NCBI GenBank assembly: GCA_965153355.1 | Contig: OZ231126.1 | Span: forward strand, 7,378,001-7,442,000 | Direction: 5' to 3' | DNA from: Flaccisagitta enflata | Taxonomy: Eukaryota | Length of the DNA: 64,000 nt | Shown: one piece after another, positions 61,357-64,000 of the stretch | Layout: each line of letters opens with the position of its first letter | Position numbering within the stretch: the first letter of the stretch is position 1 | Program-made: the position numbers and the translations under genes | Notes under the pieces: generated by a model | What the model was told of the DNA's origin: nothing | The model's input: the letters and a program-made list of their open reading frames with translations, nothing else | Databases searched by the model: none

Positions 61357-64000
61357 TCAATAAGTCCATCGGTCCGTCTGTCCACCGATCGTTAGTCCAT
61401 TGGTCCATCTGCCCGCCCTCTGGACCTTGACATCATTACCAAGTTGATGTTGAAACTCAGATGTGGGCAAATGCCCTGGTTTTGCAGAAGGCTGACTTCT
61501 CTTCCTCCAAGCGCGGTTGTTGCAACGATCTCGTCGTCTCTTCCTCTGCACCTCACTCTCACCTTCTCGGGGTGGTGAGTATTTCACCCCATACCGTTCA
61601 CAGCGTTCCTTCAGGTCTTCCTCTACTCTCTTTTGACGTGTAATCAGGAAATCATTGAGCCTATCCTGAAATTCCTTGTCAATTGAAGGCAGAGGAGCAC
61701 TCTCTTCTGTCGCAGCATCTTCAATGCACATTCTCTTGGAGGTTCCAGCTTCTAGAGTGTCAACAGCCTTTCTTTTGGTGGGAATGTTCAGAAGAGTGTT
61801 GATAAAACCACCAGCTGTACGTGCACGCACTCTAGTATTCATCCTATAGAACGTCTTAGCAATGACTTCGGAATGTTGCTGTTGCTCGGAAACCACTTCC
61901 ATCTCCAAGTTGGCTTGTCTGGCAGCTGGTTCATACAGAACAGCAGCCTCGGTGCGCTCAACCGCCCTTGTCTCAATCCAGATTCGCCAAAACCTTGACC
62001 CAGAATGCTGCAAGCCATATAGCGACTGGGCATCATTCGTCCACTGTCTAAAAGTATGGCGGTTAGGAGCAGCCCCAAGTTGGTTGATGAACAGCGCATC
62101 TTTATTAACCCTGCAACCACTGGCTCTCAATCGCTGCTTAACAACTGACAATCCAGCCAGTACTTTACGAAGAAAATCCAGCATGTACCTTGGCCATATA
62201 GCAAGATAAGCCCGTTTACCCGAGGCAATGCGTTTGTGAAAAACACTCGGGTGGTTTGAATTCTTGTTCGCCAAGTTGCCAGCTATTGTAAGAATTTCTT
62301 GATCGGGATCATTGGCCTTATCAAATTCCTTGATGGCACTCTCTACCCCAGAGACAGTGACAGTGGTAGCATCAGAGGTTCTATTACAATTCCAAGTGCT
62401 ATAAATAGCGTACGTGGAGTACATGACTACATGAAGGAGTAGTTTTAGATCATCCAATGGCATATTCTCCTTATCTGCTTCATGGAAAATATCAGCAACA
62501 TAGTCAAATTTGCCATCAAGGATGGCTTTTGACAAATCAGAAGCCGTGTAATTTTCAATTTCTTCTGACTGCTCCTGACGATTATTTTGCCGACGATCCT
62601 GTTGAATGAGCGAAATAGGATGGAATAGTGCCCTGATTTTCTTGTCATTCTCCTCAAAGCGTTGACTCTTTTCGAGTATGGATCCTTCAACCAAAAATGA
62701 GTGAAATTTTCCACAATATTCTAGGGTTTTGTCAATGCAATCATACTTCCGTCCATTCTCAACGTGAAGCATGAGATATTGAGAAAGAAGTTGTACATCT
62801 TCTAAACACCTGAAAGCAGCAGACTTATCATCTTCGTTGGTGATATCTAAACCTTTTTCTCGACAGACGAATGACAGGAACCGCGCGACAGCATTCACTA
62901 TGTTAACATTTTTATCTCCAACACCTTCAATTTTTTTTTGATCAGCTTTACGACAGCCTTCGTACACTCGACAGTGCCTTACAAGATATTTTGCAAACGT
63001 GTATGGACCATCCTTATGTATAGGAGAAATGTAAGTAGTACTTATCACTGTATCATGAACCAAAGAATCAATGGGGGCAAATTTATTGCAATGAGTTTTC
63101 ACTGGCTCATACTGACCATCAATATGTGGAGAAAATGGGTCATCGATTCCATCTGGACGAAGGACACATTCAACTTCACAGTCCACTGAAGCATTGTCAC
63201 TAACTTCAGTTGCTTTGGCAATCTCAAGAAGTTCAGCCATTTCTTCTAGGCGATGTTGTTTTCTGAAGTGGATGTCCGGCTCATGCATGCCGGGCTCATT
63301 TTCAAAGTCGGAAACATCACTGAGGTCACTTACAAGATTTATAACCTGTATCGCATCCTTATTGACTTTGGTTCTTTTGCAGTTACGACTCAGTTTTGAT
63401 GACCGGGTTTGCTTTATGGGACTTGACTCGATGACAACTTTAAAGATGTTGGCCATATCCCCTTTTTTGATGGATGCCTCTTGCGAGGAGTGTTCTTCAG
63501 GTCTTGCATCGGAACCAAACAATGAAAGAGAACTCCCACGTTGCAATGGCTCAGCAGAAGATGAATCAACGGAGGATTGAGTGACAACAGGGTTTCTAAG
63601 GACAGGACTCTTGTCAATGTCTGAAAGATCACTTTCAACAGGGCATCCAGGCTGCAATGAACTTATTGTTGTGTTGACCACTAACTCTGATGTTGCTGGA
63701 CCTGGGATGTCATTTGATTTTTCTGCTCTATTTTCATCCACATTTTCTCCAACTCGTATCGTGGTGATTTCAACAGTATTAGCTCTCAAGGCACCACCAC
63801 TTTCGGTGCAAGGTGGCTGATTGGGCCCACCGCTATCTGATGCTCCACCTTCCTTTGAAGTATGCGATGCAACAACATCTTCATTAAAAGCTTGAGTGAA
63901 GCCGCCTTCATTTACCTGAGATGAAACATGCGCTGATGTCTTAGAGTCCTTTGTCTTGGATTTGGAGGAAGCTTTTCTTTTAGGTCTTGTCGCCTGTTGT
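61357..64000 (-). CDS. Large tyrosine recombinase (phage integrase fold) protein, 5' end outside the window; probably from a Crypton-like or other YR mobile element
   Basis: The frame is open from 63999 to the stop at 61357 (>=880 codons); the TTG at 63789 is not a true start. Ordered YR-like motifs: CNRTSD (R), HKR (K), LFINQLG, SRFWR (HxxR position), QQHSEVIAKTFY (H...Y). The N-terminal part is low-complexity and likely disordered. No microsatellites, unlike the flanking DNA. Confidence 0.75.
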   Translation of the reverse strand, partial: QQATRPKRKASSKSKTKDSKTSAHVSSQVNEGGFTQAFNEDVVASHTSKEGGASDSGGPNQPPCTESGGALRANTVEITTIRVGENVDENRAEKSNDIPGPATSELVVNTTISSLQPGCPVESDLSDIDKSPVLRNPVVTQSSVDSSSAEPLQRGSSLSLFGSDARPEEHSSQEASIKKGDMANIFKVVIESSPIKQTRSSKLSRNCKRTKVNKDAIQVINLVSDLSDVSDFENEPGMHEPDIHFRKQHRLEEMAELLEIAKATEVSDNASVDCEVECVLRPDGIDDPFSPHIDGQYEPVKTHCNKFAPIDSLVHDTVISTTYISPIHKDGPYTFAKYLVRHCRVYEGCRKADQKKIEGVGDKNVNIVNAVARFLSFVCREKGLDITNEDDKSAAFRCLEDVQLLSQYLMLHVENGRKYDCIDKTLEYCGKFHSFLVEGSILEKSQRFEENDKKIRALFHPISLIQQDRRQNNRQEQSEEIENYTASDLSKAILDGKFDYVADIFHEADKENMPLDDLKLLLHVVMYSTYAIYSTWNCNRTSDATTVTVSGVESAIKEFDKANDPDQEILTIAGNLANKNSNHPSVFHKRIASGKRAYLAIWPRYMLDFLRKVLAGLSVVKQRLRASGCRVNKDALFINQLGAAPNRHTFRQWTNDAQSLYGLQHSGSRFWRIWIETRAVERTEAAVLYEPAARQANLEMEVVSEQQQHSEVIAKTFYRMNTRVRARTAGGFINTLLNIPTKRKAVDTLEAGTSKRMCIEDAATEESAPLPSIDKEFQDRLNDFLITRQKRVEEDLKERCERYGVKYSPPREGESEVQRKRRRDRCNNRAWRKRSQPSAKPGHLPTSEFQHQLGNDVKVQRAGRWTNGLTIGGQTDRWTY

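Overview
Eukaryotic DNA, most likely from an invertebrate animal, very rich in microsatellites and MITEs; most ORFs in the supplied track are repeat artefacts. Reading splice sites by hand gives five main coding units. (1) Ten phase-consistent minus-strand exons (55816->40285) of an axonemal outer-arm dynein heavy chain (DNAH5/8-like, AAA3 region); its neighbouring exons were not found in the window. (2) A 9-exon plus-strand type I membrane protein with divergent Ig-like domains and a long poly-Pro tail (12396-26599), with candidate further 3' exons at 37316-39768. (3) A divergent 7-exon G-protein alpha subunit (28857-35240). (4) A secreted C-type-lectin/mucin gene (47719-53338) nested antisense in a dynein intron. 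(5) An uninterrupted >=880-codon tyrosine-recombinase ORF running off the right edge. A 5'-truncated LINE, many Helentron/DINE-like elements, and hAT-, Tc1/mariner- and CACTA-like MITEs are also present. The most striking unexplained pattern is that about ten exon-intron junctions, in at least four genes, have been tandemly amplified into the adjacent intron (units 21-110 bp), producing arrays of decoy splice donors or acceptors. Several of these intronic copies differ from the exon largely at synonymous positions. All family assignments rest on motif recognition by eye; no searches were run.
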